Source: Phoronis australis (taxonomy: Eukaryota > Animalia > Phoronida). Taken from it: 64,000 nt of DNA. The position numbers were made by a program, and so were the translations under genes. The notes beneath the pieces were generated by a model that did not search any database, was not told the origin of the DNA, and was given only the letters and a program-made list of their open reading frames with translations. The stretch lies in the NCBI GenBank assembly GCA_002633005.1, contig NMRA01000103.1:940624-1004623 (forward strand). The letters are read 5' to 3'. Of this stretch, positions 47,690-61,458 are shown piece by piece. Positions within the stretch are counted from its first letter, which is position 1, and each line of letters starts with the position of its first letter.

Positions 47690-48960
47690 ATGGAGATATT
47701 ACTGGTTGAGTGTTTATTTGCAGTTCTTCAGGGGTATCAATTGTCCCCTTTTATTTTCATTATTTATCGATGACCTTGATCTTGAGCTACAAGTACATAT
47801 TTTAGCATTAGGTGTCAGTCGGTATTTTAATACATATTGTCTTCTGTTTGTTGACGACGCGGTTATATTTGCAAACACAGCATTTAGTCTAAATAATCTT
47901 GAACTGTTCTGTAAAAATGGAAGTTTGTCATTAATTTGAATAAATCAAAAGTTTTGTTTTTTCGAAAATTTAAGGCAGATGTTTGAGAAGCTACGGAAAT
48001 TTTTTATTTTTTTTGAAATGATGTATACAAGATTACCATTATAAATTATAAATGGATTGACATATAATTTTTATAATATATGTACCATACTGCTGTACAA
48101 TATGTTACCGCAAGGAAGTTCAGCAGACTAAATATCCAAAGCCCTATATATTCTGAAAAAAAACATGTTGCAGTTTGAATCGGTACCGATAACCAGTTGG
48201 CTGCACATTTATGATAGCAAAATTAAACCAATATATGCTTCAGACATATACAGTTTTCGTCCACAACGGATGTGGAAATTTTACACATAATTCCGTAATT
48301 TTTTATTGGTGTTTAGACGAAATGCTCATAAAGGAAGTGACCAAGGAAGACATGGGAAGGCACATCATGTTGACTCTAAGATTTACGTTAATTATTATAA
48401 ATACTGGTTGAAATTGATTAACTTTGGTGATCACAAGTTTTTAAAAAACTGTTATAACTATCAATACAATTTGGCCGAACGAAAATTTAAATGGTGAGCG
48501 CTAAGTATGAAGCAGTTACCCTTTGAATTAGGATTCGGTGTTGTTCGGGAAACTCGGTCGGTTGGGAATGATGGGCTATTTTTGGGAGAGTTTAAATAGA
48601 AATTTGGACATTGGTGGGCAACAGTGGTATGAGGAAATGTTGAATGTCAGTAAATTATACTCCGACAGAGTATGCAAACAATCAATTACTCATGGAAAAG
48701 TATGTCATATGTGTGAAAACTAGAAAATTTCTGAAGGCGTTAGTAATATCTTAATGTCTTTGTTCAAACCATAACTTACAAGTTGAAAGTGGAAGACATT
48801 TGAATATCCCTAGAGAGAATAGATTATCTACGTTGTAATTGAGTGTCAACTTTATGACGATTTAAGAACAAATTTCAGGATTGTAAGCATGAACCGTCAA
48901 CTTAACTTGGAAAATCTCATAATTAGCTAAATATTCTTGAGCAGCTGGTAGCACAACAGA
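47690..48960 (+). mobile_element. Degenerate non-LTR retrotransposon (LINE; RTE-X/CR1-like) RT and C-terminal remnant
   Basis: PLLFSLFIDDL...CLLFVDDAVIF (RT motifs), KYWLKLI, and HNLQVESGRHLNIPRENRL; many stops and frameshifts. Confidence 0.75.
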
Positions 48961-51900
48961 TGATATAGATAGTAAGGTTTTTTAATGCATTGCATAAATG
49001 TATATACGGACCAGGGGGGGGGACTTTTGTAAAATAAGGAAATAAAAAATGTAACTGTGAATTCATTGTAATTTTGCTTCGTCTCTCTCTTTTTATATGC
49101 AATAGTGAGCACCATTTGGTAATAGACGTGGGCAGAAAAAATATCACTGCGTGTCATTCAACTCTCCGAGTTTGGTCGCGAGTAATAGCAGTCGAAATGA
49201 AAAAATAGTTTCTTTGAAGCATGGCACTCTAGCCCGGAATGGCAACTTCTGCACGTGACCGACGTATTATATTGTTAGAGCTTGCGTATGAAGCGGAAAA
49301 GGATTCTTAAAAGAGTACTTTTCTGCGCATAGAAATCAGAGGCGTGCTTCCCTTTGAATTATTCCTTCATCTGCTTTTGGTAGAGATTACAAAACTACAC
49401 AAATGGGTAATTCACCTATACGTGGCTAAGTCGTAATCACTTGGGGGGAAATTCTTACTCGAATCGTAATCAGTCTTACAAGTATATTAATTCTTGCAAT
49501 TTGTGAGCTGTCGGGAATTCGTGGCAAGTTTTGCCCAGTTCAAAATTCATGAACCGTTTTCATACATTTTAAAACTACAATTAAGGAACATTAAAGGCTA
49601 GAAAAATGATTTTTGAGATCAGCCTTAGTGATGAGTCTAACCTGTAACTCCCGCAATCACAACGAAACGCTCTTCTGGCGATGACGACAGGGTATTTTAA
49701 GCCAGTTTAACTGGTCTTGTCACCGGTACTGACTTCAGCAAATACCTGTAAGAAAACAGTGAAAACGGACCATTTGTAATAAAATCACAAAAACAAAGAA
49801 TTTTTTGTTGTTTTATTGCTCTCGTTAGTCTAAGCTATTGAGCAATAACTCCAAAACACGTTTTTCGGCCACAAAACTGATATTTTTCCCTTTAATACGG
49901 TACAAATACAATTACCAAAAAGCAAAGCATTAGATTCAGGTGAAATAATATGAGAAATGTAATATTAACAGATTTAATCACAAAAGAATTAACAAATACA
50001 CACTAATAAACACTCACAAAACAGAAAACGTTTGCAGCTTTCAGGTGCTTAGTAATTAAAATTTAAGTTGCCTAACTGGAAGTGAATCGAGACAATGATT
50101 TGTAGTATATTCTTAAATTGCGTAACTGATTCGTAAACGATTCTTCGAGTAGAGTCCTACAAATATCTGTTTTCAAATAGAAAAGTTGCGGAACATTTAA
50201 GAGCAAAAAAGCTTGGCTGGGTAGCCCTTCCAAACGTTGGTCGCTTTAATTCAATCGGAGGTTAATTTTCAATTCCGACTGACTCTTGAAAGCGATGCTA
50301 TCACCGTGAGGAAATCTAGTGCGCCTAATAGGCTTAATTCATACGCCCAACATCTTCCTCCTTTCCAAGAACTATCGTTAGTTGGACCAGTCTTCCTGGT
50401 TTGATCAAGTTAAAGAGGCATGGAACGGGAAAGGTCTTCAAAATATCTTTTTAACAATTCCTGACTAAAGTTCCATCTCGCAATGTCTGCTTCAGAGTTA
50501 TTCGTTTTCCCTTGTGAGGGAATTCCCAGAAAAATCACAAAATTCGCAATTTTTGAAATACGCGCTGAGGAAAAACTATGTAACCAAAACAGAGTTTCTA
50601 ATCTCCCTTCCACTTATGATAAATGCGCGCTTGTACACAGTCATTCGATAAAAAGCTTACTGACAAGATGGATATTAGCGGGAGATTATCATGTGTGAGT
50701 GCACTCCGAATCTGAGGTCGACAGCACAGCATGGGCAAGCGATTTCTTGAAAAGAATTCCAAAAGTATTTAGAATATATTTGAATAGTACGATACCTATA
50801 GAACTAATTTCAAACAGTTAGGTCTCTCGTCAACTGCCTCTTAATCAGATTGGCTATCGCCATTGTTTTGTTTACATTAAAGGTCAAAGGTCACACAAAC
50901 CATATATAGGGGAATGTGCTACGTCTATGTCTTTCCGTACCAAATAAGACTACGTGCTCTGCCTTGTGGGAGAAATCGACGAAGTGACAACCGACAGATC
51001 GTTTTTTCTGGAATTTGACAGTAAAGACACTTATACTCGGTGAACAGGGTGAATTCTGTTTCAGTGGCAGGAAAGCACTCCGCAAAATGCAATTTAGTCT
51101 GTTTTTTGCGTTCCAGGCCTCTTTAATGTTAACCAGGAAAACGAAACATCTTTCCAAATGACTTTTCCTGGTATTAGAGAGCTTCAGCTACACGTTAAAC
51201 GCGAACGTGTGAGTATCCAGGGGTCACAGGTTCACGTTTGCGTATGCGTTTAGTTCCGTTTTTGGTTTCGGGTACAGTTAAGTGGTGGCGCTGTAGTTAA
51301 CAAGAAAATGACAGTATCACATGCTGGATGTGTCGCTCTTGGGAGATAAATTCGACTCACTGTGCACATACGTTTTCATCTACTGATGTTTATGATACAA
51401 GGAATGTACATGTTTTGAATGGGAGTGTCACGCCCCACTTGTGCCACACTCCTGGCTACGCCAATGCCAGTCACCTGTGTAGTTTGTCTGAGAATCACGA
51501 CATTTCCCAAGTCTCAACGGCGTAGCGGAGGGCGGGACAGTTGCTACAGGTGGCAACCAGGGGAGAGGGTTAAAGCTACGATTGGGGTGACATCATAATA
51601 CTCCTCACCCTAGTAAAAAACATCAACATATCAGGTACGAAAATTTCTAAGCTGTCATTTTTTTCTGATACCAAAACCGCTTTGGGCAAAAATACAGAAA
51701 AAAACTTTTGAGTTTAACTCACAAACTCTCAATTATTCCTGTTTGCTTTGAATATCTCTAATCAAAGCATGCATTTCATTTGTTTTTATGAAATACTAAC
51801 GAAATTGCGATGTTTTGGCACGAAATATGGTTATACTTTTGTGTCACCCATTACCACCTGCCAGTGATTGCTGTGGCTTTTATGAGAAAAATCAGCATCG

Positions 51901-52479
51901 CGACGAGGGGAATACTTCAAACATTCTACCGAGTAAAACACATCATGGAACTCTAGCTGTGGAATGCCAACACCGATCTCGCCGTCGTTAACGTTGCGCA
52001 TGCGTTAGAGTTGTTTGCATTCGTTTGTTCCGGTATGTGAACTTGCTGTGGAATTTACTGTCACTAGAAATTTTGTGAACTCCGCCGTCTTTCAACCACG
52101 TTGCATAAGAGTCCTATCAGTGAAAAAACCGTTGCTAGTTCTTGATAGTTATTCCAGAAGCAAAAGAATAAAGTAATTCATAAGTAATTATCATCTCGGG
52201 TACCCGACTGGTTTTTAAAAATGTAATTGAGTTCTAAATGATAAAAATAACATAAAAAGGAAATGAACCCGAGAGGTTATTGGAATGATTAGTTAAGCCA
52301 CTAGGGAAATAAGTTCAATCATTCAAAAGGGTTTTACCCTATAAATACAAAGACTTTAAGATCCCTGGCAGTTGCCGTGAATGTTTTAGTGAGGCATTCA
52401 TTCAAAAGTATACATCTTTTTGTATTGTAATTAATTGGACCTTTGGTGCCGTTTGATAAAATTACATTCTTCAGTAAAA

Positions 52480-52800
52480 ATTCAGAATGCATTGAGATTT
52501 ACGAAAATGCGATATACTACTCCAAGTATCTATCAAAGATTTGCAGATAAAACTTTTCTGGTGGATAAAAAATGGTAGCTTCGAAATGTATTGTGGATAA
52601 CTCATCACATTGGTTGCAGTGTAGGACTTCTCATAGAAGTTTAGAAATAAACTCTTTTCTTCAAAAAGTAAAAGTTAGTGATACTGACACATGTAGTGTG
52701 TGTTACCGTAGACAAGAGACAGTGAAACACATTTTTGTTACTGTTATGATACTAAAGATAGTGGACAATGGAAAATAACAATATTCATAAAAAGAGATAA
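52480..52800 (+). mobile_element. L1/Tx1-type LINE 3' remnant (zf-RVT)
   Basis: NSFLQKVKVSDTDTCSVCYRRQETVKHIF matches the CxxC..ETxxHxF zinc knuckle. Confidence 0.65.
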
Positions 52801-54349
52801 TGTTGAGCAGTTGTTGCATAGTTGACAAGGTCAATATTCAGGAACAAAAAAAAAGGAACAACTGGATTGATAAGCGGGACTTCAGAATAAAAAGCGGAAC
52901 ATCTGGGTTTAGGCCAAAACGTTAAGGTGAAATGTTCGCTGCAACACACAAGGACGTACCGACAGCGTTTTTTTTGTCGAACGGGAGACGTAACACTCAA
53001 AAATGGCCGAGAGCGTTTTTGTCGCTGTTTTTTTATAGGTGAAGGGGCTGTGTGTCAAAAAGCGGGAGATTTAGATAATGTGTTGTGATGGCGATAAAAA
53101 ATGGGGCACTCCGCCAAAAGCGGGGCTACTGGCAAACACACGTTCGTCATCAGCAACATGAAGTACTGGATTGCGTTCGTTTACAAGGTAAACTTTTTTA
53201 ATTTTTGAAAGTTTTATTTCACGGGTATAGGTGAATACTACATACAACAACAGTTGGCCTACTTCTCAGAAATCGAATTTTTTACAAAAACAAACATTGC
53301 ACAAATGGATTATTGAAGAAAAAAATTGAAAACGGATTAACTTCTTTCCGCAAAATACTGTAACATGATTTTAATTCCCAAAATGTTTTGTTGGAAAGCT
53401 CTTATGATAGGTTGTCGTAAGTGGTTCTACGACTGGAGCTGAAAGGATATCAGAGATCAAACTACTCCAGGCATCCACCTAAGGCCAAAGGTCCACGGTG
53501 TGGGGGGGGACCTGTATTACGTGTTTGGACTGGAGTGCGGCGTCGTCATGAGCAATTTGATATAGGAATACAACACCAGTCGAACAAAATTGTCCTTATA
53601 ATGAAGAAATCAACCCTATATATAATTAGAAACCAATCTGTCCAGTAGCTTAAGAGTCGTGGCAAGCGCTGAAAGCTTCCCACGTCAGTGTGACCAGCAA
53701 TGGCGGCCCAGTGCGACTCGATAAGACGTGGTGATGTGAAAAAATCAAGAATATCGGTGGAAGTTTGTTAAAAAACGATATATTTTGTCGTTGATTTAAC
53801 ACATTTCATACGGTAAGTAATATTTTATCAAGATTTGCATGTACTGCAAAAGTGTATTTGATTAACAAAGATATGGAAAGAGTAAATTAGCCAGCCAGAC
53901 AAAGGGCTGTGCGGACTCGCCTGAGCTAATTGTACGGACTCGTCATGAGTAGATTTTTGAAAACTGTACGAACTCGTCACTGAACTGGTTAAGAATGAGG
54001 AAAATTTTAATCAGAATAGACCGTTTAACTTTAAAATTACCACTAGTTTTCGAGAAGCATAATCGGATAGGTTACTTGAGAAAGATTGGAAATATTTGCA
54101 AATTGTGTAAGTGAGAACACAGATAAGAAATGTTAGGCCATTGTCATTAACAATTTTGGAGAGAGTAAAATCGATGTAAAACATTTCACACTTTTTTCTG
54201 ATCAACCAACTTCAAGAGCTGTTACTTCTGTGTTGGCACAGATCACTTTGCTGAAATAATTGGCCACGGCGATCAAGAACTAAGGATTAGGTACATGTAT
54301 CTATCGTTGCATGAACACAGCATTTTGGAATGTTTCAGAGTAAAAAATA

Positions 54350-57300
54350 TGGGTGCATTCCCAATAGATCAAAAGCTATATTTTGGTGGCTGAAATAACC
54401 AACGTATACTGTACATAATTCTGTGCCATTTATTAAAATCTGGGAGGTTTGTGCTAGACAGGGGAGATAATCCACAGACCACTTTTTGGGGTTAATTTTA
54501 GTGGCCATTTTTGTGACCTTCTTACTGCCATAAAACACCTTGTAGCCTTATGTGACGTTTTGAACATACAGTTAAAGAGTTAGTCTTGATGACTGAGCAA
54601 TAAAAAATCTTGCCTCAACTTTGCACCTTAGTGAAAATTGTCTTTCAAAACTGTCTATTTTCTTAGTTTGGAAATGACAAGCAGAGTTAACAGACCATTT
54701 GAATAAACTTTTAGGCAAGAAGTCTGCTTTAAATAGTTATAAAAACCAAGTCTGAACTCTTTCAAATGAAAACAAAATGTTTTCTGGGTTTATTACGAGG
54801 CTAGTATCAAAACTGAACCCGATGACTTTTGCCCACTGAGGGAGGTTAAGCTTGAGGATATATAAAAATGTACGTGTAACTCTCTTATATTCTTTCATTT
54901 CTTTTACATTATCAGGTTAATTTAAACACTCTGTAGAAATTTTAAATGGAAATAAATGCCTTTAAGATTAAACGAGTAAGAATTGATGTAATGACTGGTT
55001 TTGAGAAAAGCAAGTGCATTTTAAAAAGACAAAATGGCGGACGATGTCGATGGGCCTTCATGTTCCTTTAGAGTGTATTCTGCAAAAAATCCGATCACAA
55101 AAGCTTTGTGCTTTAGCGAGTTATGTCAAAGACACCATTGAACATTTGAGATACAGGAAACTACCTCACAAAGCAAGGCCTGTGCTAGAGTACGCACTCG
55201 TACTACCCGGAGTCGGTGAATTTCTGACTGGAAAGGACCAGTCATGGAAGAGTCAGGTAATGCTGGATGTTACCACTCTGCTACTCTCCTCCTGAACGTA
55301 GCAGCCTTGTCAAATTTTACCGGCATTTCTGTTTCTAGATATGACTTTAGTGAAAGTCAGAATGGAAAGGATCTCTGTGATCGCAAGATCGCTCCACTCA
55401 AACAACATGCAAAGTACTTTGTAGCCGAAGGTAACAATATCATAAACTTTCTGGATTTGAAAGAAGCGTTACTTTCCAGTGGCCGTGTGAAGGGATGTTA
55501 TGTGTATGCATGTTCAGTCAATGCAACAAAGTCTTTTCCAAAATACTCAGTTCCTGGTATAAGCACATTCCCAAATTCCTACTATTCCACCCAAGGAATT
55601 CGCGTGTGGAAATCATTCCATGTAGGTGACGATAAGATCTTACAAATACTGAGAAAATGGGAAACCTATTTCTCTAAAATACACTAACATCTCTAGACAT
55701 GGCGGATTTTCAACACCAAGAGTTAAGGTTGGCATTGTATCTAGTGAAGAGCCTCAACAAAAGTTCCCTTGTACCCAGCAAGGTTACTCGAATTTTTTTG
55801 CTACAGACACAGAACTAGGTCAGAATTTGGATGTGGGTAACCACACTGAACATTTACAGAGGGAAACCACGTATGACCACATCGCACGACAGTGGTCAGA
55901 AATGCTTTCAGATGCAAGAACCGGAGTGTCATTTGAGGCAGCCTCAGAATACTATTTGGATGAGACGAATACTGAAACAATAGGTTAGGCATTGAAAAAA
56001 GGTAAAAGGTCAACAAGATTTTCAGCAAAGGTTAAGAACTTCCTGACGAACATATTCGATGAAGGAGATAAGTCAGGTAAAAACTTTCACCCTCGGAAGT
56101 GCCAAAATGGAGAAAACATTACGAGAACCCACTGGTAAAGTGTTTACCTGTGATATTAAGTGAAGCGCAGATTGGTGGATTTTTTCGAGGTTGTCCGCAG
56201 CAATGTTTATGACGATGCAATTTCTGCTGAAGATGCTGTTATACATGTATCGTCAGATTTACTGAATGAAGTCGGGTAAATGAGCTCAACGTTTAGCCTG
56301 GTTTTGTAGCATACCACTCAAAGATATGTGATATATGAAGTCGAGAGCGTTACTTCTGTTTACTTCATGTCTGTCATAAATGAGTCATTAATAAAATTGT
56401 CTCTCGTGAATTATTTTCTATTGACTGTGAATGTGTACCTTTTTATACCACTGATGATCACACTGACAGAAATATTCAGCGTTAGGGTGACGGTGTGTGG
56501 GGGGAACACCAGATTTCTGGCGACTGGTGGCGACTAAAATTTGTAGCAACCATCAGGAACATTACAATATGAACCCAAAGTTACAATGACTATTGACAAG
56601 TTGAAGGATTTTTTGCACTGAACACTACGGGGCCATATCCACCTTGGTTGCCTTCCTTTGCCTGTGGCACGAACAAGGCAGATAGAAAACAAGGCTGGGG
56701 TGAGTTCAGTAACACTAGAACTTCTCTAAAATTTATCCAAAACCACATGTTATCATTTAAAATGCAGGGCAATATCTCGCGAAGTCTTGAATTACAGCAA
56801 GATCCTCGTGTTACTGCTCTTATTCTAGATGCGTTTTCAGTCTCTACGTAAACAAAAACAGCGCCATCTATCATTTAGAACCACGCATGCCAGTTGATTT
56901 ACGTTACGTATTTTATGTAATAAGCAATAATCATCAATGCCGTTTTCATAGAATGGTAATTAATAATGCTGTCTGCCTTTTCTCCAAAATACAAGGTTTT
57001 TATGTCGTGTTTCGCAAGCTAATTATATGTTCCAAGAGCCCCCTATTGGCAGCAGAGGCAACTGAGAACATGCAAACGGACAAAGTGCAGTTCGTGTAAT
57101 GCTTCGTACGCAAAAACTACTTTAGAGGCAAGATTTTTTATTTTAGACTATGAACAAGTTAGGAATGACTAAACAAATTATTATAAAGTCAATTTCAGAA
57201 AAGGTGCGTTATGGCTGCTACAGAGTGCCAAATGTGGCCGAAAATGGCTTCAGTGAAAACCTGAAAAATAGCCGTTTTTGCCTCACAAATTCAAAACGTA

Positions 57301-57613
57301 CAAATTTAAAAATGGATTTTGAAAGTTATGCCATTAAATTATTCAGCCATTTCCCTTTCAATTCGTATTATTCATTTGTTTTGTCCTTACCACACATGGT
57401 AGTAAAATGCATTCAAACATGCCTACTTCGACGCCCAATTTTGTTGCAAAATGGAGGTACAGGTCATAAAAAGAAAAATAATGAACGGAAATTCTTAAAA
57501 AGTGAGGTTTTTCTATATCTCAACAAACCAAACTCATGTGCTAAGTTTCAAAAAAAATCGGTGATTTTGGGTATAGACTCTACCTGTTGGTTTTTATATG
57601 GAGTCACGCTTAA
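54350..57613 (+). mobile_element. Decayed Sola3-like DNA transposon (transposase remnant about 55250-56200, long degenerate TIRs)
   Basis: NAGCYH..YDFSESQNGKDLCDR..KxHAKYFVAEGNNI; degenerate C2H2 FPCTQQG..LDVGNH; G*ALKK..RFSAKVKNFLTNIFDEG. Inverted match aataaaaaatcttgcctc (54599) / gaggcaagattttttatt (57125). The Sola3 subfamily call is from memory. Confidence 0.65.
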
Positions 57614-58024
57614 TTGTAAGTCGTGACCCTGAAATTCGTAATACAATAATTATTCTTGTGGCGTTTTATTTGTCCCCAAAATGAGATGGATGGGACGCTG
57701 ATATAAATCCTGCTATTTAGGCAAATGCCCTTCAGGCTTCATGTACAACTAATATATAGTTCCGGTTGTTCTTTCTAGCCAGCCTCCGCTTTACCCAGCC
57801 TCATGGAACAGTATAATCACTCATAAGTTTATCCCAATTAAACAGTTCCTTACCTATCCCGCCCTCTCCATTCTGTGTTGAAAAAATATGGTGCTGGTTA
57901 TTGTTGTTATTATAGCCACTGCTGGTACCTTCTTCAAGCCCGCAGTGTGCTGCCGTCAACTAAGAAAAGACTCCTTTGGCTATCGACCAGAACTACACTT
58001 GAGCGTCAATCACCGCAGATTGCC

Positions 58025-58490
58025 TCTATCTATCCCCAGCTCTCAGAACACTGTTCACAAACTGCGCCACAATGCAACGTTCATTACAAGATCTCTTTTT
58101 ATCACTCTATGGTCTGCTCATTCAGTTTGTCCGGAATCTGCTTTGCCAGGTTGTAATAGCGCAGTTGGATGTTTGGTGTATCCACTTGGTACTTCATATA
58201 TTTTCCCACTTGTCAGTTTGTATCTATTTGGTATTTATTATTGAGTTTGCCGTTTTGCTCGACCCACTTAGTAGGCAATCGGCCAATGCCCATTTTAGTA
58301 TTACATACCTATTTGGTACCACACCAATTTGTGCCTCTTTGTATGCGATATTCAGTTACATATTGGATATCTTAAACGTGTATGTTATCTCTTGCAACTA
58401 AGACACCCATCTGGAACCTTCTGTAATATGATTAATTGTGGAGCTGTGACCCTGAAATTACCTCAAAACTCACTCGAGAAAAACTCTCCG
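58025..58490 (+). repeat. Left arm of a 470-560 bp inverted repeat pair
   Basis: Reverse-complement homology to 62678-63240, e.g. actcactcgagaaaaactctcc / ggagagtttttctcgagtgagt and cattacaagatctctttttatcactcta. Confidence 0.85.
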
Positions 58491-59384
58491 AAAGGTCTTT
58501 CAGAATAGTCCTTTTGCGAGTTTATAACAATAACGCGAGATTATGTGAGACTCAACTGTGACGTCACGGGAAGTGGGGCAATAGCTTGTCGTTATGGCCA
58601 TTTGCCCAATACGGTAGCAGAGTGTATTCTGTTATTTTCTTCGAGTTTTTAGCCGTTTAGTTCGAAAAATGCCAAACAAGCATTGCTGTTATGACTAACG
58701 GAATTCAGATTCGCACTACAATACGTTCAATCGCGTTCTGTGCTAATTTCGTCCCGTGTATTTTAAACGGGAGGTAGGCGAAATCCGATCACTGATAAGT
58801 TTTCACCTTGTCAAAAATACATTCTACACCTAAAATTATCACCTAAAACTGCGCTTACTTCCTTTAGTGGTCCTTTCTGCTTCTAAACATTTCTTCGATG
58901 AAGCATAGCTACGGGAATTCAGGTGACTTTGGCGAAGAATTCCAACTCCACTTTTGAGTAGCCTACTGTTAACTTTGACCGCGCGCGCGATAACCACAAA
59001 GTATTTCAACTGATTCAGGGGAGTACGAGGCAAAGCCTAGCGCGAGACTGAGCGAAGCGCGAGACCTGGCGCGTGACACTTGCAAAATAGCATGAGAAAA
59101 TATCAAGTGAAATTTGTAAGATTTGTCTCCCTTGGACTTTTTTTCGTCAACAGGCGTGGACTAGAGTGGTATGGTGCTGTGGCAGTCAACTCCATTCAAG
59201 GTTGTTTCACTAACAATTGACGAGAAACTCCATGTGATACCTGACAGCAACACGTGACCTGTGCCTGGAACACGAAATAGGTGCGTTGGCGTTGACGGAA
59301 GAGTTGTGATGAATTTGATGTCAACCAGGGAATGTTCCACGTCAAAGTAAATATTTACAAAGGGACATAAGAAGCGGGGGTGGG

Positions 59385-59950
59385 GCATATGTATGGTGGG
59401 CCGTTGAGGGGAAAGTGTCGCCGTAAAATTGATCTCGTAAATTAAAAGGGGAAAAGTTTCGCCGTAAAATTACGCTCGTAATTACGAGCGTAAATTAAAT
59501 TGCAAAAGTGCTGCAGTAAAATTACGCTCGTAAATTAAATGGGGGAAATGTCGCCGTAAATTAAGCTCGTAAAATACTTTAAGAACGTTCCAAATTTAAA
59601 CGAATCAGTGTTGACCTAACATACACGAGTGTTGCTAGGCAGCTCGTTCTTGCACAATCGCTGACATTGCAGCAGCGATTTGATCCGCCATGATTCAGCG
59701 CTCGTATCGTAGACATGTAACCCGTCAGGAAATAAGTATTTCCAGGAGCACGCGCGACCGTGGATTGTAAAACCAACGTCATTGGCTAAGAGCTTAAACT
59801 AAATTACGAGCGTAATTTTACGCGTACGGAATTAAATTACGCTCGTGATTTTACGGCGTAATTAACGACGTAAATAACGGCGTAACGTATATGATTACGC
59901 TCGTATTGTTCCGGCGACACTTTCCCCCCAACGGCCCATCATACGTATGC
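59385..59950. mobile_element. MITE with about 38-bp TIRs and subterminal AATTACGCTCGTAA repeats
   Basis: gcatatgtatggtgggccgttgaggggaaagtgtcgccg / cggcgacactttcccccaacggcccatcatacgtatgc. Confidence 0.8.
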
Positions 59951-60739
59951 TTCCCTAACGTTTTCAGGCGTCATAATTAGTTCATGTTAACTTGTATAGG
60001 CGTGGACTACCAGGGATAGAGGAGAAAAGCAAGACAGGGAAACAAACGGAAGAGAAAATTCATGAAACTTTTGTCAACTAGCATTGCTTGGTTTACCCTT
60101 TAAGAGCACTAGCAAGGACATCATTGTTAGAGTTTCCAATTGTTTGCAGCACAGATTGCATAAAAGCACTTTAAATTTGCACTTAGTCATTCGTGCAAGT
60201 ATTTCAAAAATTCGATAAAGCGTTTAAGGCGCAGNTTAGTCATTCGTGCAAGTATTTCAAAAATTCGATAAAGTGTTTAAGGCGCAGCTTTTACACATAA
60301 CGTTAATTCATGGTTTTTTCAGTTAAATTCGATGCACAACTATATTTTTCAAGTCCCCGTTACGTCAGTGTATTTCTTCCTTTTTTGTCGAAAAAAAATT
60401 TAAAGTCATTAGTAAAAGGTTGATAACCAAACAGATAGCCCCAATAGCTGTTCATTTTCTGTTTATTGAAGTAATAAACCTTTTCGTATTGAGAGATCCG
60501 TCGTGGCCATCCACGCAGTCACCCATTTTGTGTTTTTATTGAAAAAACTTACTGCTCACTGAGATAAGTCACACTGATGGATTTGATTACTTCTGTACTC
60601 CGTTTTTTTTAAACCACACAGCTTCTTTTTACAGAATGTCACTTCTTGGATGGTCGCTCAATGATAGAATTAACCTTCGATGTTGCATATGTCAATCAGA
60701 TTGTGGGAGGTCCAATTTTGATGCCCGTGCACAGTCATG

Positions 60740-61458
60740 TGTGAGAAACAACATGACCGCCGGTCCTCCAAAACGGACCGAATCACCACAAATCAGGACG
60801 TACGGGGATCAAATGGGACCGCCGCAGCAGAAAATGGGACCGACTCACCTAAAAACATGACCGCTCCACCAAAAAACGGACCGCCGGAGACTGAACATGA
60901 TACCCGTGGATTATTTTTTGACCTCAATGACAAGCAGGCTAAGTTTTATGACCCGTAATTTGACAGTGTAGGCCTACGTGCAGGTCTTATGCACCTTATG
61001 AATCGAGCGCGACAGATTTTTTGTTACAAAAGGCAAAGAATTATGCAAGAAAATGACGTTCATTAAATTGTTTTTCACTCAAACTGTTGCAACGGGCAAG
61101 GTGAGTGTTGGTTGATTCACAGATTTTGCATGCACCTCTGCCGGTCGTTAGTTCTGTAGGTGGCGAGCAGAAACACCCGGCTGTATTAAATTTCGGGGTC
61201 TGACGGGGCTTAACGCACGGGCTACCAGGTTGTATTTTGGGGATAGACTTCATACAGCTAGCTGGCGGGTTACATCAAACCCCGCAGTATCATTGATAAC
61301 TACATTTTGTTTGGCGGTCTTGTCTTTAGGTGCGTCAGTTCCATTTTCTGGTGCGACAGTCTCATATGATCCCCATAGGCCCTATTTTGTGGTGAGTCAG
61401 CCTGATTTGGAGGATTTGCGGTGATGTTTTGGGTCCAGCGGTCATGTTGTTTCTTACC
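60740..61458. mobile_element. Non-autonomous TIR element
   Basis: gtgagaaacaacatgaccgc..ccaaaac / gttttgg..gcggtcatgttgtttcttac; internal ggaccg repeats. Confidence 0.6.

Noticed and set aside
60183-60287. 52-bp direct duplication
   Set aside because: The copies are separated by a single N (60235), typical of a contig-overlap artefact.
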